DNA of 64,000 nucleotides, from contig JANNIY010000058.1 in assembly GCA_031405455.1 (NCBI GenBank), positions 13,517-77,516 on the forward strand. The letters run 5' to 3'. Below are positions 48,030-57,749 of the stretch, one piece after another. The stretch comes from Deltaproteobacteria bacterium. GTDB taxonomy: Bacteria; Myxococcota_A; UBA9160; SMWR01. Within the stretch, counting starts at the first letter, position 1, and every line of letters begins with the position of its first letter. The notes under the pieces were generated by a model. That model had not been told where the DNA came from. It did not search any database and saw nothing but the letters and a program-made list of their open reading frames with translations. A program made the position numbers and the translations under genes.

Positions 48030-49541
48030 ATGCGAGCGGGCGAGTTTCGGGAGCGCATGGGGCTGGGGGAGGGCCCGGCGGACGTCCGTTTTGCCTGGCG
48101 AATCCTGCTGGTCGCGTGCTTCCTCTATGCGCTGGGTTTCGTTGCGTTCTACCCGAACGCGGTGACCAACGACGACGAATCCGGGTACATGCGCCAGACC
48201 GCCCTGGTGCTCGCGGGGACGGCCTCGATACCCAAGTTGAATGCCCTCACGGGCGAGACGGAAGACTTCTACCCGAGCAAGTACCCGTATGGGACCGCCC
48301 TGGCGATGGCCATTCCGGTGGCGCTTGCGGGCTGGCAGGGCGGTTATGTCATTCCCTGCCTGAGCCTGCTGGCGGGCGCGCTGCTCCTGGGCCGCTGGCT
48401 CCAACAGGAGGGGCGCTCGCCGCTCTTCGCCCTGTTGCTGCTCGGCTATCCGCCGAATCTCGTGATGGGACGGGTCGCGATGAGCGATGTCCCGAGCCTG
48501 TTTCTCGTGATCTTCGGGCTCTGGCTCTTCTGGCGCGGGAGCGGGCGCAGCTGGCTTTGGTGGCTCGGCTCGGGGTTCGTGGCGGGCGGCTCGATCTTGT
48601 TTCGCGAGAGCAACCCGATTCCCTTCGCTCCATTCTTCGCGGGCGCGTTGCTGCGGCGCGAGCGCAACGTCTGGGCGCTCGTCGTGGGCGGAGTGGCGGG
48701 CCTATCGCTGCGGGTCGCGGCGAACACCTATTTCTTCGGCGAGCCGCTGCAATACCGCTCCGCCTATATCCTGGCGCTCGGCACGCTGCACGAACGCCTG
48801 CCGATCTACGCCCTGGCCCTGCTCGTCTTCGTGCCTGGCGGGCTGTTGCTGGCGCTGCTCTACCGCGGACGGCGCTGGCCGGAACTCTGCATTTCGGTCG
48901 CGGGATTCGTGACGGCCTACCTGGTGCAGACGTACTACACGTTCGCGACGTCACTGCTCAAGAACATGGTGGTGACACCACGTTACGTGATCCCGATCAT
49001 TCCCGTGATCATCTTCGGCATGGCGGAATCCGTCCCCCGCCTCTGGCGGCGCGCGCTCGCTGAAGCTTCGCTCGCACACCGCGTCCGGTTCCGGGCGCTG
49101 GCGGGAGTCGTCATCGCGCTGTGGATCGCGGGAGTCAGCGTGGCGAGCTTCGCCGTGCATCCCGCATTTGCGAAGTGGAGCGCGAAACAGGGTGAGATCC
49201 GCGATGCCATCTTCGCCGAGACGGACTTCGAGTCCGTCGTACTCACGAACTTCATGGCGACGCGAAAGTTTCTGCCCGAGCTCGAGATGAAGTACCTCGC
49301 GGTCGATCGCGCCGAGATCGACGTGGAAACCGCCAGCTCGCTCGTGAGCCGTCATGGCGAGATCTACATCGTGTTCCTCGACCGCAGCGACAGCGCGCAT
49401 TGGCGGCGCGATGCCGAGGTCAATGCCAAATTCATCCGCGAAATCCAGCCGGCGCCGGCGTTGCTCTTCGACCAACAGGTCACGTCGACCGACCACGTGC
49501 GCATCTGGCGCGCGCGTCGGGATGGCGTCGCGGCGGGCTGA
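48030..49541 (+). CDS. GT-C-fold membrane glycosyltransferase (ArnT/PMT-like)
   Basis: 503 aa with about 11 TM segments. An acidic motif, NDDESGY, sits in the first extracytoplasmic loop right after TM1, as in GT-C enzymes that use polyprenyl-phosphate sugars. The C-terminal soluble domain is roughly 120 aa. Confidence 0.72.
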   Translation: MRAGEFRERMGLGEGPADVRFAWRILLVACFLYALGFVAFYPNAVTNDDESGYMRQTALVLAGTASIPKLNALTGETEDFYPSKYPYGTALAMAIPVALAGWQGGYVIPCLSLLAGALLLGRWLQQEGRSPLFALLLLGYPPNLVMGRVAMSDVPSLFLVIFGLWLFWRGSGRSWLWWLGSGFVAGGSILFRESNPIPFAPFFAGALLRRERNVWALVVGGVAGLSLRVAANTYFFGEPLQYRSAYILALGTLHERLPIYALALLVFVPGGLLLALLYRGRRWPELCISVAGFVTAYLVQTYYTFATSLLKNMVVTPRYVIPIIPVIIFGMAESVPRLWRRALAEASLAHRVRFRALAGVVIALWIAGVSVASFAVHPAFAKWSAKQGEIRDAIFAETDFESVVLTNFMATRKFLPELEMKYLAVDRAEIDVETASSLVSRHGEIYIVFLDRSDSAHWRRDAEVNAKFIREIQPAPALLFDQQVTSTDHVRIWRARRDGVAAG

Positions 49542-49549
49542 TTCTGCAC

Positions 49550-49588
49550 GCCGGCCTCGGCCGGCTTCCGCGCGTCCGCCTTGCGCGG
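49550..49588. terminator. two GC-rich hairpins in the 48-bp gap between convergent genes
   Basis: GCCGGCC-tc-GGCCGGC (49550-49565) and CCGCGC-n9-GCGCGG (49568-49588). Confidence 0.35.
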
Positions 49589-49589
49589 G

Positions 49590-51125
49590 TCAGGCGCCGA
49601 TGGGAGCGTCGCTCGTAAAGCCCTGCTGCCGGTCTGGCGTCGAGGGCGCAAGGGGAGCGCCCCCCAATATCCGCACGGCCCAATGCGCGAGCACGAGCGG
49701 CATCGCCGCGAAGAAGACGGCGTTCACGGCCCCGATCAGCGCCGCCTGAAGCGACTGCGGAAACGCGAACAACACCACGAGGGCGAGAATTTGCGTGGGC
49801 AGCGTGGCGTTCTTCGCGAAGAGCAATTCGTGCAATACCCGCATGAACACGCCCATGAGCAACATCCCGATCACGATGCCGGGCCAGCCGAAGTTGAAAT
49901 AGAGTTCGCCCACCCAGGTTGGTGCCGTGCTCGAGCGGATGTCGGGGCCGCCCGCGAAATGGTCGGTGACCCACTGCCCTGTCGTCATGTCCGGCTTGTC
50001 GGCCCAAACGATGCGTGGGACATAGGACAACGCGATGTAGCCGAGCGTCCAGCCGCCCTGGAAGGGCACCTGGCCGGGGCATTCGCGGAGGATCACGGAC
50101 AGGATCCCGAGTCCGTCGGAGCGCCGGCTCGTCGCCTCGACGCCTTGCCGGAGGTAGTCGCCGAACTGGTAGCTCCCGGCAAACTTCGTGATGCGCGAGA
50201 TCATCTCGACGGGCCGCCGCAGTGCGTAGGCGGCGCCCTTTGTATTGTCGCGCAGGATCACGCGCCGTTGGAACTCGGCGATCGGGTAGATGATGATCAC
50301 CGCGGCGAAGGCAACCATGACCCAACGGATCGCGATCCGGCGCTTGACGACGATGTACGCGACCGCCACCACGGCGGGGGGCGAGAGCAGCGCCGTCTTC
50401 GAACCGCCGAGGAAGTTGAGCGCCATCGAGGGCGGGATCAGCAGCACCATCATCCACCACGCGGCGCGCGAGCCGTGGCGTAGATAGACGAGCATCAGCA
50501 ACGCGAGTCCGACGTAGGTCGAGTTGCTGATCGTCCCGATGAAGCCGCTGCCGACGCGCGCGGGGAGGAACCCGAACGCGCTGGCGAAGAAGATGATCCA
50601 GCCGACCGGGATCATGAGGGCCGCGACGGTCAGCGCCGCGCGGTACGTCCAGTCGCGCTGCGGGACCAGGAAGCTGCCTCGAAACAGGTTCCCGATGGGC
50701 AGGCAGTAACCGGCCAGCATCACGCCCAGACCAGCGAGCGCAGCGATCTGACCGTAGATGATGTCGGCAGGCCGGATCGCCCGCAGATCGAGAACTCCGA
50801 GGTCGTCGATCTGGACGACGGAGGTGGCTGAAAAGTAGGTCGTGAAGACGGACACGGTGAAGTTCATCACGAAGCTGAGGCAGGTGAACGTGAGCAGCAG
50901 GTGCCGGCGGTCGTAGCGTCGGCCGACATCGAGAATCAGCGGGACGAGCGCGATGCTTCCCGACAGCAGGGCCAGCGCGACCAGGGTGGTGTCATTCCCG
51001 CGCACGCCGAGCGCCATCCCCAGGCCGATGCCGAACACGACCAGGAGTGGCAGCGCCACCAGCATCATGAGGGACAGCTGCGGGCGACCGAGATCCCGGC
51101 TCGGCTCGGCGATCGCTTGCGTCAC
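49590..51125 (-). CDS. Wzy / O-antigen-ligase-like polytopic membrane protein
   Basis: About 511 aa with at least 10 TM segments. A Wzy_C-like segment (YLRHGSRAAWWMMVLL) is followed by a large extracytoplasmic loop. The GTG start at 51125 overlaps the upstream stop (GTGA). The remainder of track ORF 49590..53264 is shadow. Confidence 0.75.
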   Translation of the reverse strand: MTQAIAEPSRDLGRPQLSLMMLVALPLLVVFGIGLGMALGVRGNDTTLVALALLSGSIALVPLILDVGRRYDRRHLLLTFTCLSFVMNFTVSVFTTYFSATSVVQIDDLGVLDLRAIRPADIIYGQIAALAGLGVMLAGYCLPIGNLFRGSFLVPQRDWTYRAALTVAALMIPVGWIIFFASAFGFLPARVGSGFIGTISNSTYVGLALLMLVYLRHGSRAAWWMMVLLIPPSMALNFLGGSKTALLSPPAVVAVAYIVVKRRIAIRWVMVAFAAVIIIYPIAEFQRRVILRDNTKGAAYALRRPVEMISRITKFAGSYQFGDYLRQGVEATSRRSDGLGILSVILRECPGQVPFQGGWTLGYIALSYVPRIVWADKPDMTTGQWVTDHFAGGPDIRSSTAPTWVGELYFNFGWPGIVIGMLLMGVFMRVLHELLFAKNATLPTQILALVVLFAFPQSLQAALIGAVNAVFFAAMPLVLAHWAVRILGGAPLAPSTPDRQQGFTSDAPIGA

Positions 51126-53257
51126 GCCGGGATCCGCTCCACGCGCCCGGACTCGAGCGACGCGAGCAGCGCGAAGCACGCGTGAGAAACGCCGGCGAGG
51201 TGGGCGAGCGGGAAGGGGGAGGCCTTGCCATCGCGCAGGGCTGCGAGCACTTCGTTCAGCGCCGCGACCTGCCCCTTGTCCTGATTCACGGTCCGCAGCG
51301 TCGCTGCTCCGCTCACGTGGGTGGTCTTGAAGTTCTCGCAGCGGGCCGTGCGGCCCTCCGCCGAAAGCTCGAAGCGCTCCTTCGGCAGATCGCTCGAGGC
51401 CATGGCCAGATACTCGAGGCTGGCGGTCGAGCCGTCGGCGAAGCCGAGCAGCGCCACCACGGAATCGTCGACCTCGGGGTCGCGTCCGAGCCGCCGCGCG
51501 AAGACGCTCGTGGGCGGAGCGCCGACGAAGTACGTGCACAGGTCGATGAAATGGCAGACCTCGCCGACGACGCGGCCGCCGCCGACCGCGGGGTCGAGGA
51601 TCCAGGTCCCGCGCGGGGGAGGGCCCGCTGCGATGCTGTAGCGGATGGCGAGCGGTGCGCTGCGCTTTTCGAAAGCCGCGGCGATCGCGCGCGAATGCGC
51701 CGAGAAGCGGCGGTTGTAGCCGACGGCCAGAAAGCCGTCGGTCTCGCGCGCGGCATCGATCACTTCGCCCACCTGTTCCGCATCGAGGCCCACCGGCTTC
51801 TCGAGCCACACGGCTTTGCCCGCACGCAGGGCGCGGCTCGCGAGCGCGGCGTGGCTGTCGTGGCGCGTGGCGATGACGACGAGATCGACCTCGTCCGAGC
51901 TGAACACCGCATCGGCATCGGTGCCGCAGACCGCGAAGCCGAATTTTTCGGCGCTGAGCCGGGCGGAGGCGCCGCTCGCTGTCACGAGCTGCACCCGGCG
52001 CGCCTCGGGGCGGGCCGCGAGCGCCGGCAGCAAGACGGACTTCGCATAGTTTCCGGCGCCGACGAAGGCGACGCCGACGCTCGCGCGTTTGCCGGGCCGC
52101 GGCGCTGCTACCCGTTGCTCGCGCGCGCGCGACGGCGTCGCGCTGTAGCGGAAGATCGCGGCGAGCGAGCGGCGCGTGCCCTGGGCGAGATCCTCGTAGA
52201 CCGTCACCGCTTCCTCGAACGGGAAGATCTCCGTATCGAGCGCCGCGGGCTGCACCGTGCCGGCGGCGACGAGGGCGAGGAAGGCCTGCAGGTTGCGGTT
52301 TTCCGTCCAGCGCACGTAGGCGAGCGGATAATCGAGGCCTTCTTCTTCGTAGGCGCGGTCGTAGCGGCCGGGGCCGTACGACGTGCTCATGCGCAGCTCG
52401 AGCTCCTTTTCGTAGAAGGCGCGGCGGTCGAGATCGAGCGCGGTGGCGCCGACCGATGCGATCCGACCCTTGTGGCGACACAACTCTGCGGCGAGTGCGA
52501 TCGGCGCCGAGCTCTCGGAAGCGGCGGTCACGAGCGCGAAGTCGACGCCGTGTCCGCCGGTTGCGCTGTTGCGCCAGGCGCGGTGATCGCCGCCGGGCGC
52601 CGCGCCCCAGGCGGCTCCCTGTGCGAGCGCCTGCTGCACGCGCGCCGGATCGAGATCGATGCCGAGCACGCGGCAGCCGCCCGCGCGCAACAACTGACTC
52701 GCGAGCTGCCCGATCAGCCCGAGCCCGATCACGGCGCCGATCTCGCCGAGCGTCGGGTTCGCGACGCGGATTCCCTGGAGCGCGATCGCTCCGAGCGTCG
52801 CGAACGCGGCCTGCTCGAGGGCGACGCCCTCCGGCACGCTGACGCAGAGGTTCTCGGGCACCGACACGATCTCGGCGTGATTCGCGAAACCCGCGCCCGC
52901 GCAGGCCACGCGGTCGCCGGGCGAGAAGCCGACGACGCCCGGGCCCACGGCCTCGACCACGCCCGCGCAGGAGTAGCCGAGAGGCTGCGGCGCATCCAGG
53001 CGGTTGCGCACCGCGCGATAGGTGGGGAGGGGGCCCTCCTGGCGCAGTTTGCGCGCCACCTGCTTGACGAGATCCGGCCGGCTGCGTGCCTTGCCGAGCA
53101 GCGATTTGCGCGCGAAATCGAGCGCCATCTTCTCGGTCCCCGGTGAGACGACGGAGAAGGCGTTGCGCACGATCACCTGTCCGGCGACGGGCGCGGGCGC
53201 CGGCACCTCGAGCAACTCGAGCGAGCCCGATCCGGGGATTTGCACGATCTGTTTCAC
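51122..53257 (-). CDS. bi-domain oxidoreductase (MDR zinc-type alcohol dehydrogenase fused to Gfo/Idh/MocA)
   Basis: The N-terminal half has SPGTE, GYSCAGVV, and VIGLGLIGQL as its Rossmann motif. The C-terminal half has VGVAFVGAGNYA, EKP and GYNRRF, typical of Gfo/Idh/MocA. GTG start at 53257. Confidence 0.88.
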   Translation of the reverse strand: MKQIVQIPGSGSLELLEVPAPAPVAGQVIVRNAFSVVSPGTEKMALDFARKSLLGKARSRPDLVKQVARKLRQEGPLPTYRAVRNRLDAPQPLGYSCAGVVEAVGPGVVGFSPGDRVACAGAGFANHAEIVSVPENLCVSVPEGVALEQAAFATLGAIALQGIRVANPTLGEIGAVIGLGLIGQLASQLLRAGGCRVLGIDLDPARVQQALAQGAAWGAAPGGDHRAWRNSATGGHGVDFALVTAASESSAPIALAAELCRHKGRIASVGATALDLDRRAFYEKELELRMSTSYGPGRYDRAYEEEGLDYPLAYVRWTENRNLQAFLALVAAGTVQPAALDTEIFPFEEAVTVYEDLAQGTRRSLAAIFRYSATPSRAREQRVAAPRPGKRASVGVAFVGAGNYAKSVLLPALAARPEARRVQLVTASGASARLSAEKFGFAVCGTDADAVFSSDEVDLVVIATRHDSHAALASRALRAGKAVWLEKPVGLDAEQVGEVIDAARETDGFLAVGYNRRFSAHSRAIAAAFEKRSAPLAIRYSIAAGPPPRGTWILDPAVGGGRVVGEVCHFIDLCTYFVGAPPTSVFARRLGRDPEVDDSVVALLGFADGSTASLEYLAMASSDLPKERFELSAEGRTARCENFKTTHVSGAATLRTVNQDKGQVAALNEVLAALRDGKASPFPLAHLAGVSHACFALLASLESGRVERIPA

Positions 53258-54729
53258 GCGCCACTCCGCTCGATGAAGCCGCGCCAGCCGGGATGTGGCA
53301 CGAAGGTTCGTTCGGCCGTCAGATCGCCGAGCGCACGGCGCGTCGCCGCGAAGTCGCTCGGATCGACTTCCCAGACCTCGACGTCCGCTGGCGAGCGCAC
53401 CGCCGTGATGCGCAAGCCGGTGTCGCGCATCGGCTCCCACAGCTTGGGCAGTCGCTGCTCATCGAAGCCCATCAGCCGAACGGCCGCCAGATCGAGTGCC
53501 ACGGGATCGGTCGCCGCGAGCACGACGCCGAGCGGCACGTCGATCGGCGCGAGCGGCCCCTCGCCCTCGCCGGCGATCACGCCATCGATCACGCTGAGCA
53601 CGCAGCGCACCGGAGCGGGCGCGTCGAAATGCGCGCCGTGTGCATCGCTGTAGTAGAGGCAGCGGTTCAGATCGACGCACATGCGCCAGGTGGTGCGGTT
53701 CCCATGCCAATTGCCGCTGCGGATGAAAGCGTCGCCGCGCGCGGCGGTTTCGGCGCGTCGCACGAGCCGGATCGCCCGCGCGCCGATTCCCCGCTTGAGC
53801 AAGCCGCGGGCCAGCTCCGTCGCGAAGCTGCGGGCGCGGTCCAGCACGGACCTGCCGGGGTACTCGTCCCCGCCCTCGGCCGCCGATCCGACGCAATGAT
53901 GCGGCAGCAGATTCTTGTCGCCGTTGATTCCGACGAGATTCTTGAGCGCGAGCGTCACACCCGTCTTCTTGTGGGTCTTGAGCTTCGGCAGGTTCACCAC
54001 GAGATCGGCCGAGAGCACGGTCTCCGAGATCAGATACTCGTTGCGGCCGTCCAGATGGTGATGGGCGGTCGGGCCCGGGTCGTAATCGGCGCCGCGAAAG
54101 CGGTGCGGATCGATGCCCGAGCCGGTGAACGCGCTGTGCTCCGCCAGATCGACGAGCCGGTAGCCCCTGGGATCGCCGGGCAGCTGCCGCCGCTCGACGA
54201 TCACGCCGTCGCGGTAGACGACGCATTCGCGGCGCAGGTCGATCAGCTCGAGCTCGCGCCCGAGCGTCTCCTCGTAGAAGCGCACCAGCACGTCGAGGCC
54301 TGCGAGGCGCCGGATCTCCGCCCAGTCGCAGTCGTGCTGCGGCGCCTCGGCGATCGCGACCGAACCCTCGGCGCCGGCGGCGAGGAAGGCGTAGTCGGCC
54401 ACGGCGCGCAGGATCGAGCCGTGCGTGATCACGGAGGCCAGGGTTCCGCCGGGGGCGGGATTCCAGTGGCGGATGAAATTGGGCTTCAACACGATCCGCC
54501 GGCCTCGCGACACGAGTGCGCCGAGCGGATTCCACTGAGGTGTGTCGAAGTGTTCGGCATCGAGGCCGAGACCGCGCAGCGCGGCGCGCACCGCGGCATA
54601 AATCGGGTTTGGCGTGGAACCGAAGTCCGGGAGCAGGCCAGCGAGCTCGGGAAAGAGCTTGCCGGGGCCGAACGGCGGCTCGAGGCCTGCGTAGCTCGGC
54701 TGCGTGCGCGCGAGGCCGACGCGGATCAT
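53254..54729 (-). CDS. DUF362 domain-containing protein
   Basis: VLKPNF, ITHGSILRAV, VVNLPKLKTHKKTGVTLALKNLVG and VIDGVIAGEGEGP match the DUF362 pattern. ATGA overlap upstream and GTGA downstream. Confidence 0.8.
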   Translation of the reverse strand: MIRVGLARTQPSYAGLEPPFGPGKLFPELAGLLPDFGSTPNPIYAAVRAALRGLGLDAEHFDTPQWNPLGALVSRGRRIVLKPNFIRHWNPAPGGTLASVITHGSILRAVADYAFLAAGAEGSVAIAEAPQHDCDWAEIRRLAGLDVLVRFYEETLGRELELIDLRRECVVYRDGVIVERRQLPGDPRGYRLVDLAEHSAFTGSGIDPHRFRGADYDPGPTAHHHLDGRNEYLISETVLSADLVVNLPKLKTHKKTGVTLALKNLVGINGDKNLLPHHCVGSAAEGGDEYPGRSVLDRARSFATELARGLLKRGIGARAIRLVRRAETAARGDAFIRSGNWHGNRTTWRMCVDLNRCLYYSDAHGAHFDAPAPVRCVLSVIDGVIAGEGEGPLAPIDVPLGVVLAATDPVALDLAAVRLMGFDEQRLPKLWEPMRDTGLRITAVRSPADVEVWEVDPSDFAATRRALGDLTAERTFVPHPGWRGFIERSGA

Positions 54730-56120
54730 CGCAGGCTGCGTCCGACGGCCGACTTCACGGCTCGGAACTTGCCGTTGGCCTCGCGCGGAATTGCGTCCAG
54801 GTAGACGAACTCGATGCGGATCGCGTCGCCCAGCCGCGAGCGGATCTCCTTGAGCAGCGAGCGTTCGCTCGCGTCGCTCCAGCTCCGTCTGCGCACTATG
54901 CGGACCTCCACGGCGTTCGCCGTTTCCTGGACGATCTGTGCTTCGGCGACGTCGAGCTGCTCCTTGAAGATGTGATCGAGGCGGCCGATCAGTCGTCCAT
55001 CCGGGGTCATGATGTAGTCCTCGATGCGGCCGTCGATGTCGAGGAAGACGTCGCCGGGCCGTCCGCACGGGCACGGCGCCTTCGCGCGCGTGCCGACGTC
55101 ACCGACCCGATAGCGAATCAGCGGCGTGGCGTCGTTGGCGAAGCCCGTGACGAGCAGCGGCCCGCGCTCCCAATCTTCGTTGGCTTCCTCGACCTCGACC
55201 TCGACGATGCCGAACTCCATGTCGACATGCAGCCGGCGCTCGCGGCACTCGGTCATCGAGACGCAGAATTCGCTCACGCCGTAGCGGTCGCGCACCGGCG
55301 CACCGAAGGCCTGCTCGATCGTCTCGCGCTGGAACGCGAGCAGCGATTCCGAGGAGGTGAACACCGCGGCGAGGCGACCGGGCGCGAGCGGGCGCCCTGC
55401 GTCGAGCAGCGCGCGCGCCGCCAGGTGGATCGACGAAGGATAGCCCTGCACATAGCGCGCCGGCGCCGCATGGATGCCGTCCACGTAGGCGCGCAGGTTC
55501 GCGGGTGTCATGTGGTACAGCGAAAAAAGTGTCTGACCGGCCCAATGGTTGACGCGCCAGAAGGGAGGGCGCGTCGTGCGGAAGGGGACGATGAGCTGCC
55601 CGGAAAACGTGAGGTTGGGATCGCTCGGCTCGACGCCGAAGCTGCGGCGTTGGCGCCAGAAGCTCGCGAACTCCTCCGCGAGGGCCTCTGGCGTGTACCA
55701 CAGGGGAAGCGCCATCCCCGTCGTGCCGCTGGTCTTGCCGCGGATCAGGCGATCGCGCGGCAGATCGCGCGCGATGAACTCCTCGCAGCGATCGCGGTAG
55801 CTGGCTTTTTCCAGCGTCGGCCAGGCTGCGAGTGTGCGCGCGACGGCTTCGCGCGGTTCGCGCGCCTCACACGTCGGCGGCAGGTCGCGGTAGTACGGAA
55901 CATGGCGGCGGGCGCGCTCGGCGAGCCGGAACAGGCGATCGCGCTGGATCGCGTGCAGCGCTGCGAGCGGTCCCGCTCCGCTCTTCTCCCAGGCTGCGAG
56001 CGTGCGGTGGAAATGCGGCGTGAAGCGCAGGCGCGCGCGCTGCCTCCCCGCCCAGCTGCACGCGAGATTCTGCGCGAAGACCGGCAGCACCGGGTAGATC
56101 CTGTCCTGGAAGCTGCCCAC
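54726..56120 (-). CDS. adenylate-forming enzyme, phenylacetate-CoA ligase (PaaK/CapK) family
   Basis: HVPYYR, the AMP-binding loop TSGTTGMALP, YG.SE, and the C-terminal ANGKF lysine region. Start assigned to GTG 56120; the ATG at 56216 would overlap epsI by 83 nt. Confidence 0.83.
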   Translation of the reverse strand: MGSFQDRIYPVLPVFAQNLACSWAGRQRARLRFTPHFHRTLAAWEKSGAGPLAALHAIQRDRLFRLAERARRHVPYYRDLPPTCEAREPREAVARTLAAWPTLEKASYRDRCEEFIARDLPRDRLIRGKTSGTTGMALPLWYTPEALAEEFASFWRQRRSFGVEPSDPNLTFSGQLIVPFRTTRPPFWRVNHWAGQTLFSLYHMTPANLRAYVDGIHAAPARYVQGYPSSIHLAARALLDAGRPLAPGRLAAVFTSSESLLAFQRETIEQAFGAPVRDRYGVSEFCVSMTECRERRLHVDMEFGIVEVEVEEANEDWERGPLLVTGFANDATPLIRYRVGDVGTRAKAPCPCGRPGDVFLDIDGRIEDYIMTPDGRLIGRLDHIFKEQLDVAEAQIVQETANAVEVRIVRRRSWSDASERSLLKEIRSRLGDAIRIEFVYLDAIPREANGKFRAVKSAVGRSLR

Positions 56121-56133
56121 TTCGCCCGCCGCC

Positions 56134-56796
56134 TCAGTCGGGCAGGAAGCCGGGGAATTGCGCCACGATGCGCGGAGCCAGATCCCGGAACTCTGCGTCG
56201 GCCACGGCTTCGCCATCGCGCGGGATCGGGATCGTGAAGCGCACGAGCGTGCCGTCGGTGCGGCTGCGGAGCGCGCGATCGATGCCGACGTAGAGGATCT
56301 TCTGCCAATCCTCGGAGATCACGCGGCCCTGCTGCTGATACCAGTAATAGACGAGTTGGCGCGCTTCGCCCTTTGCGATCAGCAGGCGCTTCACGCGCGC
56401 GGGGCCATGCGGCAGACCGGGCAGGTCGAGCGCAACGGTCTCGGTGTGGATCAGATCCCAGCCCGAGCCCGGAAGACAGTGCGCCGGCGGGTGGATCGAG
56501 TTCTCGCCGGATCCGCCTCCCTCTTCGCGCACCTGGCGGGCGTGATAACCGAGGTAGACGCCCACCAGCCCCCACGGCTCCTCGCGTGTGAAATCGCACA
56601 GCAGATAGTCCGTGACGCCGAGGTTGGCCTCGATGTCCGCCCCCATCGCAAGCGACTCCCTGCACGACCAGTCGCCGAATTCGCGCGGGAATGATTCGAA
56701 GGTCTGGCGCTGCGGGATCACGGCGTCCGTCGCCAGGAAGTGATAGGCGTAGAAGTTCATTGCGAGAAAGGCGAGGGCGGCGGCGAGTTTCGTCAC
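56134..56796 (-). CDS. epsI: EpsI family protein (exosortase-associated)
   Basis: 220 aa with an N-terminal anchor (LAAALAFLAMNFYAYHF), then SFPREFGDW, YLGYH, HPPAHCLPGSGW and YYWY, typical of EpsI. The GTG start overlaps the exosortase stop (GTGA). Confidence 0.8.
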   Translation of the reverse strand: MTKLAAALAFLAMNFYAYHFLATDAVIPQRQTFESFPREFGDWSCRESLAMGADIEANLGVTDYLLCDFTREEPWGLVGVYLGYHARQVREEGGGSGENSIHPPAHCLPGSGWDLIHTETVALDLPGLPHGPARVKRLLIAKGEARQLVYYWYQQQGRVISEDWQKILYVGIDRALRSRTDGTLVRFTIPIPRDGEAVADAEFRDLAPRIVAQFPGFLPD

Positions 56797-57707
56797 GCGC
56801 GGGCTCCCGCGCTCGACCGCGGTTTCCGGTAGCGCCGGAACAGCACCTGCAGCAGCGACGCCTCGACCAGCAGCAACGCGAACGCCAATCCGAAGGTGAA
56901 CAGCCCTTCCGTCTGGTGGATCACGCCCTGCGCCGCCTTCTCGCCGAGGTTGTGCGTCAGATACCCGGTGAGCGCCACCCGGAAGGCGTTCACGAGAATC
57001 GCGATCGGAATCGCCGAGAGCACGATCACGATGCGCTCGATCGCGCTCTTGCGGAAAAAGTAGGCGAATACGACCGCGAGCGTTCCGAGCGCCATCAGCG
57101 AGCGCAGTCCGCTGCATGCCTCCGCGACGAAGAGCGGCGTACTGGCCAGATGGATGATGTTGCCCTCGCGCAAGGCGGGGATCGAGAGCCAGTGCAGCCA
57201 CTCGACCGCCAGGTCGGCGGCGATCAACTGAAGCGGGAAGGCGATCACGTTCACCAGCGATTGCGGCAGCGGCACCATCAGGAACAAGAACAGCAGGGGA
57301 AAGCGCAGGATCCGGAAGATCGGCGGACCGAGCAGCAGGAGCACCAGCCCGATCAGCGTCAGCACGAATGCCGTGCGCATCGCCATCAGTTCGACGCCGA
57401 GCCGCCCGACCATCAGCGCGAGCGTTCCGAGGGCGAGCGGCAGCACTCCCCACCAGCTCGGTTCGATGCGCGCGCGGCGCAGCTTCCCGCGCCGCTCCCA
57501 GGCGAAGTAGAGCGCGAGCGGACCGACGATGAAGCCGTGCGAGTAGTCCGGTACGGCCTTCCAGTGCAGCACCATGTAATAGAGAATCGGCGCAAAAATC
57601 CCGAGCGCGAGCATGGCCGTCACAGCCATGCTCGCGAGCGAGAATCTGCGCGCCGAGGCGGCGGCTGCGACCGTGGGCGTCCCCACGTCCATGGTCAAAT
57701 CACGCAC
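56793..57707 (-). CDS. exosortase (EpsH/Xrt family transpeptidase)
   Basis: DYSHGFIVGPLALYFAW, the catalytic Cys in FVAEACSGLRSLMA, Arg in LVNAFRV, and a late His (GVIHQTEG), with about 8 TM segments. Start is GTG 57707 or ATG 57692. Confidence 0.9.
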   Translation of the reverse strand: MRDLTMDVGTPTVAAAASARRFSLASMAVTAMLALGIFAPILYYMVLHWKAVPDYSHGFIVGPLALYFAWERRGKLRRARIEPSWWGVLPLALGTLALMVGRLGVELMAMRTAFVLTLIGLVLLLLGPPIFRILRFPLLFLFLMVPLPQSLVNVIAFPLQLIAADLAVEWLHWLSIPALREGNIIHLASTPLFVAEACSGLRSLMALGTLAVVFAYFFRKSAIERIVIVLSAIPIAILVNAFRVALTGYLTHNLGEKAAQGVIHQTEGLFTFGLAFALLLVEASLLQVLFRRYRKPRSSAGARA

Positions 57708-57749
57708 CCCCCTCCGCGAAGCAGCGTGAGCGCCGCGCGATCGCGCCTC

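Noticed and set aside
49590-53264. A 1224-aa ORF that could be read as one giant protein.
   Set aside because: Only the C-terminal ~511 aa (49590..51125) look like a real membrane protein. The N-terminal ~710 aa are R/G/A/P-rich and overlap the bi-domain oxidoreductase, which sits in another frame and has clear motifs. The same situation applies to 33375..37244 (real part 35391..37244), 3355..5322, 8439..10202, 10416..12188 and 16633..18504.
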